From the IMG/VR virus record IMGVR_UViG_3300032167_000006: a stretch of DNA of 64,000 bases, one strand, 5' to 3'. This DNA comes from a virus (lineage: Duplodnaviria; Caudoviricetes). Position numbers and translations under genes: made by a program. Shown here in pieces: positions 30,806-40,900 of this stretch. Positions within the stretch are counted from its first letter, which is position 1; each line of letters begins with the position of its first letter. Under the pieces are notes generated by a model. That model saw only the letters and a list, made by a program, of their open reading frames with translations, did not search any database and had not been told where the DNA came from.

Positions 30806-31690
30806 TTATTTTATTTGAAGGTTTTCAACTAATTCTAAACCAGGATAATCAGATCTATATACAGCGTATGTCAATGTTGTAGTAATATTAGTTGAATTTT
30901 CATCAGTTTTATTTATAATACTAACATCACCTAATTTATCTTTATCTTCTCTATTATCATTAGTTATTTCTTTAATTTTATTATTAGAATAATTAAATGA
31001 TCCATTTTTTTTATTATACGATATAGTTATATCTACTACACCTATTAAATTAAAACCAGCTGGAAAATTATCATATATAAATGTAGCTACATCATTTTTA
31101 TCTTTTAAAGGGTAACAAAAATAAATATAATTTCCCTCATCAGCATATATTGTCAGTGTCATTTCTCTATTAGGTTTAAGTTGGCTTATTGAATCAGGAT
31201 TATTAGCAATAGGTTTAATAAAAGATTCAAAATTTTCAGCAGTACCATATAATATTCTGCTCATAACATTAATATTTTTATTAGATGTAGTAGTATTATT
31301 TTTATTATCTTTTATAGTAAGATGACATGTAGTATTATCTCTAATATTAAGTCCATTTGCTTTATAAGTTCCTTGTAAACCTGTAATATCAGGATAATAA
31401 GTATTATCACCAATTTTAAGCTCTATTTCTTTAGGTTCTCTATTAAATGAATAATTAAACGTAATAGAAGTAATTTGACCGCCCTTTTCTAAGCTAATAG
31501 GACTACCAGTAAATGCTGTAATTTTTGTAGGCTCACGAACCATTTCGCTCATTTCTTCTAATATTTCATCTATTTTTTGTTTTACAGTTATACCTTTTTC
31601 TTCATCATACCATACTGCGTTTGCACAAGTTTCAGGATGAATAAATTCACCATCTTTTTTAGCTATTGCAGCTTTTGCGATAATAGCCAT
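30806..31690 (-). CDS. Fibre-associated protein
   Basis: N-terminal IHPETCANAV...TVKQKID resembles 5861; body PTKITAF...LEKG...YIYFCYP resembles 7876. Confidence 0.6.
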   Translation of the reverse strand: MAIIAKAAIAKKDGEFIHPETCANAVWYDEEKGITVKQKIDEILEEMSEMVREPTKITAFTGSPISLEKGGQITSITFNYSFNREPKEIELKIGDNTYYPDITGLQGTYKANGLNIRDNTTCHLTIKDNKNNTTTSNKNINVMSRILYGTAENFESFIKPIANNPDSISQLKPNREMTLTIYADEGNYIYFCYPLKDKNDVATFIYDNFPAGFNLIGVVDITISYNKKNGSFNYSNNKIKEITNDNREDKDKLGDVSIINKTDENSTNITTTLTYAVYRSDYPGLELVENLQIK

Positions 31691-31716
31691 AGTTATATCA
31701 CCTCATAATTTATATT

Positions 31717-31745
31717 TTCCAGGAGAGATTTATTCTCTCCTGGAA
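31717..31745. other. 12-bp hairpin between co-directional genes (terminator or processing site)
   Basis: ttccaggagaga-tttat-tctctcctggaa; no U-tract on the coding (minus) strand. Confidence 0.55.
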
Positions 31746-31753
31746 TAGTATAT

Positions 31754-34700
31754 TTATTTTTTCATATCTTCTTCATAAATTTCATGTATTGTTGGCCATT
31801 TAACTTCAAGTATATCACAGCACTTACGCCATAATTCTATCATAAGTTTATTAAGCCCACCAACAAGAATTGGAGAACATATCATACGTCCATCTATAGC
31901 AGAACAAGAACTTATTGCATCAATAGGTTCATTAGGTCTAAAATCAGTATAAGGGGCATCTTCATTAGAATATAACGATTTAATAATATTCTTATTAGCA
32001 TTAAGATTACTAATCTTATCTCCTACACTAAGCTTATCATGATATTCCATATAGATTTCTATTAATACACCGTCTACATGTTTAAGTTTACCAATAGGCG
32101 GAAGCACTCCGGCTTCAGTTAATTGAACTGTATCCGAGTTTGAGCAATCTTTAACTACTCTTTTAAGTCTATTAACATCACGTTCATAATCAGTAATAAT
32201 CTTTTTCATACTATCGCTCATATTTTCATCTATTTCGCAAGTACGATAAATTTTAATATCTGAAATACGTCCGGTTACTTTAGACTTAATCACATTACGT
32301 CCAATTTCACTTACATCTCCATCCTCATCATTAAGATTCTTAAGAAGAATATTAGCATCTTTTTCATCAAATGCATTTTGGAATATTAGTATAGGATCTC
32401 CCTCTGTAATAGCTTGACCCTTTTTAGCTATAAATAAAATATTGGTAGATGCAGGAAGAACTTTATCTTTACATACTACAATATTAGAAGACATTGCTTC
32501 GGTTAACCATTCGCTACATACACCTGAATCTTCAAAGCCATCTTCTGTTGTCATAATAGCAACTTTAGTAAGACAGCCTAAGTTATACGCAACTTGACCT
32601 GAACCAACTCTATTTGAGAATGATTTATAATCATATGCTAATATCTGACCTTCTTTAACAGAACTTCCAACTTTAAGGTCTGTTTTTAATTGAAGTGTGA
32701 TAAAGAAACCACCATCAGAGTTCTTCATAGTCTGTTGGTCTAGATTTATATATTCTTTAGTCTCATCCTTATACGTAACTATCATATATTTATCTGTAAT
32801 CTCTGTTACTTTGCCAGACTTCTTGGCTTTATGACAATACATATCTGAAGTTAAATAAGGTAATGCAGCATCAGCACCTGTGGTAACAAGAAGCGGTGTA
32901 CCATATTCAATAGGGGTTGTATGTTTAGAGGTCTGAACAAATGTCATATCATTACGGAACGGGTCATCAGAACTTACAGCATAAGGTGATAATGCTTCAG
33001 TCATACCAAGAGTATTAACAACATTCATTTCTTTCTCACCAGAACGTTTAAAATATCCTCTACCGCCTTCAATATTAGGATTGATAGTTGTCTGTCTATT
33101 AACACCAACTGTAGATGCGAAACCTGTAGATTGTGCAATAATATTTATCATACTATCATCATATCCACGTTTTTCAATCTTATATGCTCTTTCCTCATTC
33201 ATACCAGTAACACCTTTGGTAGAAATCATATTCTTAGATTCTACTTCAAGAAGTGGTTGGAATATAGATAAGTCTGATGTCGTATTTTGTTGTAAAATAA
33301 TATCAATCACAGCAGATTGTTTAATTGATATTGTTGCCTTTCTACCATGCTTATTCTGTAAAGCATAATCTTTATAAGCATCAGAAAGAACTCTATAAAA
33401 CTGTGCAGCTATAACTTCATTAGTTCTATAACGATTAGTACTTAAATCAGTATGAGTTGCATACTTATTATCAACAAGAAGATTAGATGCATATATTAAT
33501 GCTTCATGGTAATTATCAGGTAAATTATAATCTTTACAAATTTCTTTTGTAACTGGATCAAACATCAAATCTTTAAAGTTATCTAAACCGTCAGATTTAA
33601 TTCTTCCACCGAAATTATCCAATATATTCACCCATGTCATTTTAGAGTTAATATCAGCAACAGAGTAATCTTCTGTATTACAATCTTTAAGACCATTCAT
33701 AAGCATTAATGAAGAATAATTAATCTCATAATTAATATAACAATCGCTAAGTTTAATATAATCATATCCAAGATTTCTATTTTTCTTTTCAGAAATATCA
33801 TATTTAATACCAGCAAGATCCATAGCTTTAGTTAAACCTAAATCATGAGCTAATATAACAATTATTGGAATATAAGTATTAAGAATCTTAGCTCTACTAT
33901 AAGTAGATTTCTTAGCAGCACTTTGAGACTCAATTAACTCATTAAACTCTTTATCAAGAATAAGATTAATAATAAATTGGCTTAGAGTCAATCCATCTTC
34001 AGTTCCAGTATAATAAATTACTGTTCCGTCGCCTTTAACAGCTATAGGTAATCCCTTATTAGGATCTACGCCTTTAATAGCTCTAATCTCATCTTGATTA
34101 AAGTATATAGTTAGCGTATCTTTTATCATTTTATCATTAACTACAATTTTAGAATATGTATCTGCAAGATCTATATAGTCGATTGGTAATTCATACTTCT
34201 TAGAAATCTTACTATTATCACCAGTAGTTATAATAATATTTTTACCCTTATATTTTTTAAGAGCTTTATTTAAGATATCTGTATATGGGTTAGTTTTACC
34301 ACTAGAAGTATAATAAGTAAATACAAAAAGTTTATTATAAAAAGAGCATATCTGTACAGTATCAGCATCTGTTTTAGATATAGGGATAAGTGGCATTTCT
34401 ATAGAGAAAATCTTCTCATTACCACGAAGTCTCATAAATCTATCTTCTCTAAATTTAGGTATATCAAATTTAAGAGTAGAACGTTTACCAGAATAATCCT
34501 CACATTTTACAGTATATGTATAAACAGAATCTTCACTTGTAGAAGTATCTTCTTTTTGTATATCAAGAATACTTACAGGGAACTCTTTATTTACATCTGA
34601 TAATGAATTAAGGCATTTTACAATATCAGCATCAAGATCATATTCTTTCTCGAAATTAACTGCTTTAAGATGCTTCCATTCATCATTAATAGTTTTGATA

Positions 34701-36151
34701 GGTAATGCTTTCTCTGGTAATTCTTTTACTTTATTAGATTCATTAACCATATCTTTAACAGATTTACCTTCAAAATTCTTTTCCATAAACTGATCTTGAG
34801 CTTTAACTATACGACTAGCTCTAGCAGCATTAATTCTTCTACCATCATCCGGATTATCTTGTAAATCAGATATAATTCTTTTTAAATCATTATCAGCTTC
34901 AACTTTATTAAGAACTTCTTCTTCATCCTTAGCATTTTGAGAAGCGTCAACAATCTTCTTAACCATCTCAGCTTTCTTAGCTTCTTTTTCTTTATCTACT
35001 TTTTCTTCAGGTTCAGATTCTTCTTCTTTATTAGCTATATCTTGTTTAATCTTTTCTGGTACATCATCAGCATTACCTGTAAGGCTATGAACAACAATAC
35101 CTTTATTTGTTTCAAGCTTATTTATAATACTTGTAGCAATACCATTTGCAGAACTATCTGGTTCATCTGAATCATCAATAGTTTCATTTACATCATTAAG
35201 AACAGTAATAAATCTAATAAATTTAGTATAAGAATATTCATCAAGATTAGATGTATTTAATTTAAAATATCCATTTTTTCCAAAGAAAATAAAATCAATA
35301 CCATTAAATACTTTAAGATCTTCTAAAGATAATCTCATCTTTTTATAGAATACAGAAAGAGGATTAAGATTCTTAGTATAATCAAATATTTTAGTATTCT
35401 CTTTACCACCCCATCCATATACGGGAACAAATACTGTCTTTTTAGTATATCCTGCTTTATCTATACGCTTATCTAATATAAAACGTCTAATAAATTCAAA
35501 ATACATATCTACACTTTTAGTTATAGTAAATGTGTTGTTATTAAGATATACCTGATTATAATAATATAAATCAATAAAAGTATTAAGTGAATTATATCTA
35601 TCATAAGAAGTATATGTTTTCTTTATCCAAGGATTTTCTCCTTTAACTCTTTTATATAAATTAAGAACTTCTTTATTATTACGAATACGATCATTATAAA
35701 GAAGATTTCTATATTTTGTATTATAACCTGTTGCTTCATTATAAATTTCTTCATCATAAAGCTCATTAAAGAAAATAATTTTATTACCTAGCTTACAATA
35801 TACTTCATTAATAAGATCCTCATTAGGATTATCATAATTAAGCACATTTGTAGTTTCAGTAAATACTGTAGGTTGCTCGTTAATAAGTTGAGTGTAATCA
35901 TTATGATCTATTTCTAATAATCTAGATTCATTATTAATAGTATACATAATATCTCTTTCAATGTAATAAGAAATAAATGAATTATTTTTATTGACACAAA
36001 ACTTATTATTCATTAATTCTTTTGATATTTCGTAATTTGGAGTAAGTAACAAAATAGCAGAATTGTGCTTTTTATCTGTATAATCTATCGGTAAGTATAC
36101 ATTAGGCTTCTTATATAGCTTCATATACTTTAAATCATCAAAATAAAGCAT
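31754..36151 (-). CDS. Phage multisubunit DNA-directed RNA polymerase, beta-like subunit (probably the virion RNAP)
   Basis: Beta motifs QTSKH, PLLVTTG, GFEDSG, VGDKISNLNANK, PIDAI..SAIDGRM. Start moved to ATG 36151 (1465 aa) because AGGAGG lies just upstream of it. Confidence 0.85.
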   Translation of the reverse strand: MLYFDDLKYMKLYKKPNVYLPIDYTDKKHNSAILLLTPNYEISKELMNNKFCVNKNNSFISYYIERDIMYTINNESRLLEIDHNDYTQLINEQPTVFTETTNVLNYDNPNEDLINEVYCKLGNKIIFFNELYDEEIYNEATGYNTKYRNLLYNDRIRNNKEVLNLYKRVKGENPWIKKTYTSYDRYNSLNTFIDLYYYNQVYLNNNTFTITKSVDMYFEFIRRFILDKRIDKAGYTKKTVFVPVYGWGGKENTKIFDYTKNLNPLSVFYKKMRLSLEDLKVFNGIDFIFFGKNGYFKLNTSNLDEYSYTKFIRFITVLNDVNETIDDSDEPDSSANGIATSIINKLETNKGIVVHSLTGNADDVPEKIKQDIANKEEESEPEEKVDKEKEAKKAEMVKKIVDASQNAKDEEEVLNKVEADNDLKRIISDLQDNPDDGRRINAARASRIVKAQDQFMEKNFEGKSVKDMVNESNKVKELPEKALPIKTINDEWKHLKAVNFEKEYDLDADIVKCLNSLSDVNKEFPVSILDIQKEDTSTSEDSVYTYTVKCEDYSGKRSTLKFDIPKFREDRFMRLRGNEKIFSIEMPLIPISKTDADTVQICSFYNKLFVFTYYTSSGKTNPYTDILNKALKKYKGKNIIITTGDNSKISKKYELPIDYIDLADTYSKIVVNDKMIKDTLTIYFNQDEIRAIKGVDPNKGLPIAVKGDGTVIYYTGTEDGLTLSQFIINLILDKEFNELIESQSAAKKSTYSRAKILNTYIPIIVILAHDLGLTKAMDLAGIKYDISEKKNRNLGYDYIKLSDCYINYEINYSSLMLMNGLKDCNTEDYSVADINSKMTWVNILDNFGGRIKSDGLDNFKDLMFDPVTKEICKDYNLPDNYHEALIYASNLLVDNKYATHTDLSTNRYRTNEVIAAQFYRVLSDAYKDYALQNKHGRKATISIKQSAVIDIILQQNTTSDLSIFQPLLEVESKNMISTKGVTGMNEERAYKIEKRGYDDSMINIIAQSTGFASTVGVNRQTTINPNIEGGRGYFKRSGEKEMNVVNTLGMTEALSPYAVSSDDPFRNDMTFVQTSKHTTPIEYGTPLLVTTGADAALPYLTSDMYCHKAKKSGKVTEITDKYMIVTYKDETKEYINLDQQTMKNSDGGFFITLQLKTDLKVGSSVKEGQILAYDYKSFSNRVGSGQVAYNLGCLTKVAIMTTEDGFEDSGVCSEWLTEAMSSNIVVCKDKVLPASTNILFIAKKGQAITEGDPILIFQNAFDEKDANILLKNLNDEDGDVSEIGRNVIKSKVTGRISDIKIYRTCEIDENMSDSMKKIITDYERDVNRLKRVVKDCSNSDTVQLTEAGVLPPIGKLKHVDGVLIEIYMEYHDKLSVGDKISNLNANKNIIKSLYSNEDAPYTDFRPNEPIDAISSCSAIDGRMICSPILVGGLNKLMIELWRKCCDILEVKWPTIHEIYEEDMKK

Positions 36152-36174
36152 AATTTTCGTCCTCCTTTTCAATA

Positions 36175-36187
36175 TTATTAATTTGTT
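36175..36187 (-). promoter_or_regulatory. Putative late promoter AACA-aattaa-TAA
   Basis: +1 lies 25 nt upstream of the RNAP start at 36151. Confidence 0.75.
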
Positions 36188-36233
36188 CAGTGGCTCTTAA
36201 TATACGTATTTTGTATAATTTAAACATATGTAA

Positions 36234-36246
36234 AACAAAAGAATAA
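36234..36246 (+). promoter_or_regulatory. Putative late promoter AACA-aaagaa-TAA
   Basis: +1 lies 24 nt before ATG 36269; divergent from the RNAP promoter. Confidence 0.7.
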
Positions 36247-36268
36247 ATATTATTAAGGGGTAATTATT

Positions 36269-36553
36269 ATGAAAAAATATTTTTGTGCTTTATTTAAAAA
36301 TTTACAGTTGCAAATTGCTGTACAAATATGGGCTAAAGATAGAGGAACAGCTCAATTAACTTTAATGGAAAATTATATAGCCAGTATAAAAAATAATCCT
36401 GATCTTAAAGATATTAAGATTGAAGCTAAATATACCAAGATATATGCAGTTGAAATTACAAACGATAAAGATTTTGTAACATATGATGATATTAAACGTA
36501 TGATAGATGAAATAAAATTTATTAGAGGTGGAAGCGATGGCGAAAACTCATGA
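36269..36553 (+). CDS. Hypothetical protein
   Basis: 94-aa ORF, RBS AAGGGG. Confidence 0.65.
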   Translation: MKKYFCALFKNLQLQIAVQIWAKDRGTAQLTLMENYIASIKNNPDLKDIKIEAKYTKIYAVEITNDKDFVTYDDIKRMIDEIKFIRGGSDGENS

Positions 36554-36716
36554 TAAGAAGAGAGATTTTATTCAGTTATTAAGTATGATGAGTGATACTG
36601 AAATAAATGATTATATTAAAAGGCATGGCAAAGGTCCAAAACCTGTAGTCATGTGTGTTATAGTAGATAAAGAAAAAAATATACCATCGGAGGAAAATAA
36701 AAATGTTGCAGTATAA
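36537..36716 (+). CDS. Hypothetical protein
   Basis: ATG 36537 preceded by GAGGTG; overlaps both neighbours. Confidence 0.6.
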   Translation: MAKTHDKKRDFIQLLSMMSDTEINDYIKRHGKGPKPVVMCVIVDKEKNIPSEENKNVAV

Positions 36717-36936
36717 ACGTCCTAAGAAAATTAAAGGTGCTAGAAAGAAAGCAAGAGAAGAGATGATTGAAAGATTATCACTTGCTTATCCTATGTACTT
36801 TGAAGGCAAAACAGAAAGAGAAGTAATTCTTCTTGTTGGTGCTTTTAAAGGTACTGGAATGGCCGATGATCAATTTCCTAGCTTCTGTATTTCATATGAA
36901 GCTAAAATGGAACAGAAATTAACAGAAGGAGCTTAA
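36703..36936 (+). CDS. Hypothetical protein
   Basis: 77 aa, RBS GGAGG. Confidence 0.65.
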   Translation: MLQYKRPKKIKGARKKAREEMIERLSLAYPMYFEGKTEREVILLVGAFKGTGMADDQFPSFCISYEAKMEQKLTEGA

Positions 36937-36937
36937 T

Positions 36938-37219
36938 ATGATAAAAGTTAATAATAAATCTACTTACGATATAAAAGTATATCATGTTAAAAATTGTAAA
37001 GTGTCTAACAAATATGATTTTACTGGATGCGTATTAAATGTAGACGATGAACCTATAATAGAATCTATTAAAAGAAAACTTGGTCTTAAAGGTCATATGC
37101 TTCTTTGCGAGATGACAAATGAAGGATTTGACTACGATATTGTTGATTTATTTAAAGTACCTTTATCAGAATTATCTCTTGGTGATATTTTATTATTAGA
37201 TAGTAAAATAAAAGCCTAA
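36938..37219 (+). CDS. Hypothetical protein
   Basis: 93 aa, RBS AAGGAG. Confidence 0.65.
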   Translation: MIKVNNKSTYDIKVYHVKNCKVSNKYDFTGCVLNVDDEPIIESIKRKLGLKGHMLLCEMTNEGFDYDIVDLFKVPLSELSLGDILLLDSKIKA

Positions 37220-37257
37220 ACTCACGTAGATCGAATGTATAAAAATACACAGCGTAA

Positions 37258-37270
37258 TACATTTAAGTAA
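37258..37270 (+). promoter_or_regulatory. Putative late promoter TACA-tttaag-TAA
   Basis: +1 lies 32 nt before ATG 37301. Confidence 0.55.
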
Positions 37271-37300
37271 TAAATATTATTAGTCTGGGAGGACAAACTT

Positions 37301-37831
37301 ATGGCAAATAAAGTATTAGAATTAGTAAAAGAAATTGATGAGACAAGATCTCAGCGTTCTGCATCTGCTAAAGATGAAATTAGAGTTATGAGAGCAATGC
37401 TCAATGATCCTGATTTTGTAGTTGATGTATACGGTAAAGGCGGAGTAATTGGTCAGTATTGTCCATACGAAGATGCTCATGCAATGGCCGCTAATATCAT
37501 TAAGGGTGCTACAAAAATGAGCACTAAAGAAGCAGAACATCTTGCATCTACTTATGAATTCACTAAACAGGATGCAAATACGTTTATTAATATCTCTAAA
37601 GAGTTTATTAATACTTACGTAGAAACAGGTCGTAAACTTCCGTTAGGTGGAAGAGAGAAATCTAATATTTCACTTTCTAAGAAAGTTAAAGAAGAGAGAA
37701 GCAATAACTTTCCTAAGAAAGTTGGAGTTAATGATGATGGATCTGATAAATATGAGACATGTGGTGAGGGTACAATTCCGTCACATAACAGCTTGAGAGT
37801 ACATTCATCATGCCCCTCATGGTTGAAATAA
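37301..37831 (+). CDS. Hypothetical protein, possibly a divergent HU/IHF-like DNA-binding protein
   Basis: C-terminal half (IIKGATKMSTKEA...FINTYVETGRKLPLG...LSKKVKEER...TIPSHNSLRV) loosely parallels the HU pattern. Confidence 0.45.
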   Translation: MANKVLELVKEIDETRSQRSASAKDEIRVMRAMLNDPDFVVDVYGKGGVIGQYCPYEDAHAMAANIIKGATKMSTKEAEHLASTYEFTKQDANTFINISKEFINTYVETGRKLPLGGREKSNISLSKKVKEERSNNFPKKVGVNDDGSDKYETCGEGTIPSHNSLRVHSSCPSWLK

Positions 37832-37855
37832 TTTACTATTATTTAAGCATAAATT

Positions 37856-37883
37856 TAGGGTAAGGGTTAATTCCCTTACCCTA
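37856..37883 (+). terminator. Hairpin, TTAATT loop
   Basis: tagggtaaggg-ttaatt-cccttacccta. Confidence 0.7.
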
Positions 37884-37939
37884 TAAATTTTGCCTTAATT
37901 TAACGTAAATTGTAACTTCGGATATCTTTCTATACCTGA

Positions 37940-37952
37940 AACATATTAATAA
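37940..37952 (+). promoter_or_regulatory. Putative late promoter AACA-tattaa-TAA
   Basis: +1 lies 35 nt before ATG 37986. Confidence 0.75.
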
Positions 37953-37985
37953 ATCTAACGAAAAATGAAAGGAGGATGAAGATTT

Positions 37986-40900
37986 ATGGCAGTCAATTAT
38001 TTGAAAAATGTTATGAAATCTGTTGCATATGCAGCTTCTGATACATTTGATAATCTTACTCCGGCTTTAAAAGAATTCAAGGAAACCAATAGGGATTTTA
38101 CAACAGCTACTTATGCTACTTTAAAAAATCCAAAAGCCTTTGTTAAAAGACAAGTTAAAGCTGTACAAGAAAGCAAATTATATCAAGCAATCGAATACGG
38201 TGCAAGAAATATTGTTGAAGATCTTCGTACAGGTAATTTCTATAACAGAGAGCGTGAAGAACGTGATGAAGCTAAACTTGGCGGACTTGATGCTGATAGC
38301 TGGGATGATCTTTCAGAATTTGGTATAAGCGATAATTGGGAGAAAGATGTCAATAGTTCTAATGAAGGTATAACAGCTGGTGATAAAGCAGTAGTCAAAT
38401 CTATTGAAAAGTCAAATCAAGCTGTAGCTAATACTACAGTTAATGCTATTATAGCAACATCAGATAGAGAAGTTGCAACTAGTAAAGCTAATGCTGGTAT
38501 GGCTTATATTCAGAATGAAAGATTATTCGGTGGTTTGCATAAAGATATGACAATACTTGGCAATACTATGCATCAGATGTATAATCTTCAGGCCGCTTCA
38601 TTACAAAATATAGATAAGAATTTATCTGATTACTTTACGCAGGAATCAAAACTTAACGTAGAACGTAATAAGATTTTAGCAGAAATGCTAGAATTGCAAC
38701 GTAATATGTATAAGTCTGCTGATGAGAAAACTAAAGCAAATCAAAAACCCTCTACAAAATTACGTTGGGGGGATATCAATACTAATGGTATAATTGATAT
38801 TAATAAATATTTTGAAGTAGTTAAGAAAAATATTAATAATGAATTAGCAGCACATATGCCTGCCGGCTTTGGCGGAGATGATGGTAATATGCTTGCTGCA
38901 ATGATGACATCTCCACTAAAATTTGCAGTTCAATATGTCGTAGATGGTATTATTCCTGCTACGGTGAAACAAGCTTCTACAGAGCTTAATAATACTATTT
39001 CAGGTGTATTTGGTACTATCTTAAATCGTTTAAATAATGCTAAAGGTAAAAATGGTATCGCTGGATTTTTAGCTAAATTTTTAGGTGTTAATCTTGGAGT
39101 AAATGCAAATATTGATACGTCTAAATATGAAAAAGGACCTGTTCCATTTGACGGATTAACTCGTAAAGCTATTATAGATGTAATACCTGCTCATTTAAGA
39201 CGTATCGAAGCCGCTATTACGGGTAGACCAGAAGAAGTATTTGATTATCAAAATGGTAAATGGGTTACCATGGATAGTATCAAAAAACAATATAAAAATA
39301 TCAAAACCAATGCTGAAAAAAGTAGCACTGCAGATATTATTGATGAGATGTCTTCTGGTATAAAATCAGAACGTGCATCTATTGGTAAAGCAGATGGTTC
39401 AAGAGGCGAAAAAGATTTCGATAAAGCCATCGAAGAGTTTAGACAATATTTATATTTAGTCGGCGGAGATTTCAATCCAAGAGCATCTGCCTCTAAAAAT
39501 GGTATTAATGCTAGCAATTTTCCAATGCTTAATAAATACTATGATAGAATTGTATCTGTATTTAAGAATACCAAAATAAGTACTAGGATGCAGATAGCTA
39601 ATAGAGTTAATGATGCTAGAGAATCTGCTAATAGAATTTATAGAGGTGCAGAGACAGATCCTACAAATATCTATCAAACTTATTTTAGTTCACCAACAGC
39701 AGATACTCATGGTAAATGGAAAGATGATGGTAAGACTTTTGAAGCTTATAATCTTTTAAATAAAGAAGATAAGCGTGGAAATTCTGTTTATGATTACTTA
39801 TATAATATCAATAGAGCTCTCATTACAATTGGTTCAAACGGAGGTGGATTTGGTACTGCGTCCGGTGTAAAAAATTCAAGCATATCTGCTGAATTATTTA
39901 AGGACTTTGAGCCAAAAAATAATCTAAATAAAAAAAGTAATGACGAATGGAAACAAAGACAAGCTGCAGACGCGAAAGCAATGGAATCAGCTAAAAAATT
40001 AATAGAAAAAGGTATTGCAGTAGATGGTTTACTTTATGAACAAGATCCTGAAAGATATTTGGAAATTGTTGGTAATTTATATGAAGCTCAATTTACAGAT
40101 CGACAAATAATTGAATTACAAAATATTTCCAGTGAATCAGCACTTTCTAGATTTATGAATAAAAAAGTTTATAAAATAAATCCTAAAACTGCGAAAGAAT
40201 TAGAAGAAGCTACAAAGAAAGCAGAAAAAGAATCTGAAAAAGGAACTCTGGAAACGGAAAAGAATAAATCATTTCTTAAGAAAGTCTCTGAAAAGATTGT
40301 TGGAGAGAAATCTATTTTAGGAGGCATAGCAAGTGCTTCTGCTGAATCATTTACAAATATTCTTACTACAGCTAATAGAGCAATCTATGACATGATGTTT
40401 AAGTATGAAATGGATGCTGATGGCGATGGTAATAAAAAACACTATAATGGATTTGTTGAGGCTTTAGTTGGAAAAGCCACTGACAGTTTTAAAGCTATCG
40501 GTGAAAGATTTAAGAAAGATATCATTGATCCTTTTAAAGAAAAATTTGGTATTGGCGATGATTTCAAAGATAGATTTAAAAATAGCCTTACTGATAAGGG
40601 CGCCAAATTATGGAAAACATTTAAAGATTCTAATAAATCTGTATATGGGCCTATATTGGATCAGATGAAAGTTGAACTTGGTATGAAGCAAGGCGAAACC
40701 AAAGCTCAGCAACATCGTGCTAATAATAGAAAATCAATAAATTCTAAAATATATAAAGTTAATAATGCTGAAAATATATATGATAATGAATTTTATGAAA
40801 TTCTTAAAGATTATGGATTAAACCCAATAGATTTTGCAGATAATCCTGCAAAAGCAAAAGAAGCTATACTTCCTATTTTATATGCAGATTTATTGAAAAA

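Noticed and set aside
31754-36151. Group I intron or intein in the RNAP gene, as occurs in some relatives
   Set aside because: The frame is continuous and no intein or homing endonuclease motifs were seen
36152-36172. ORF-track N-terminal extension MKRRTKI of the RNAP subunit
   Set aside because: It starts at TTG overlapping the RBS, only a few bases from the predicted +1; ATG 36151 is better supported
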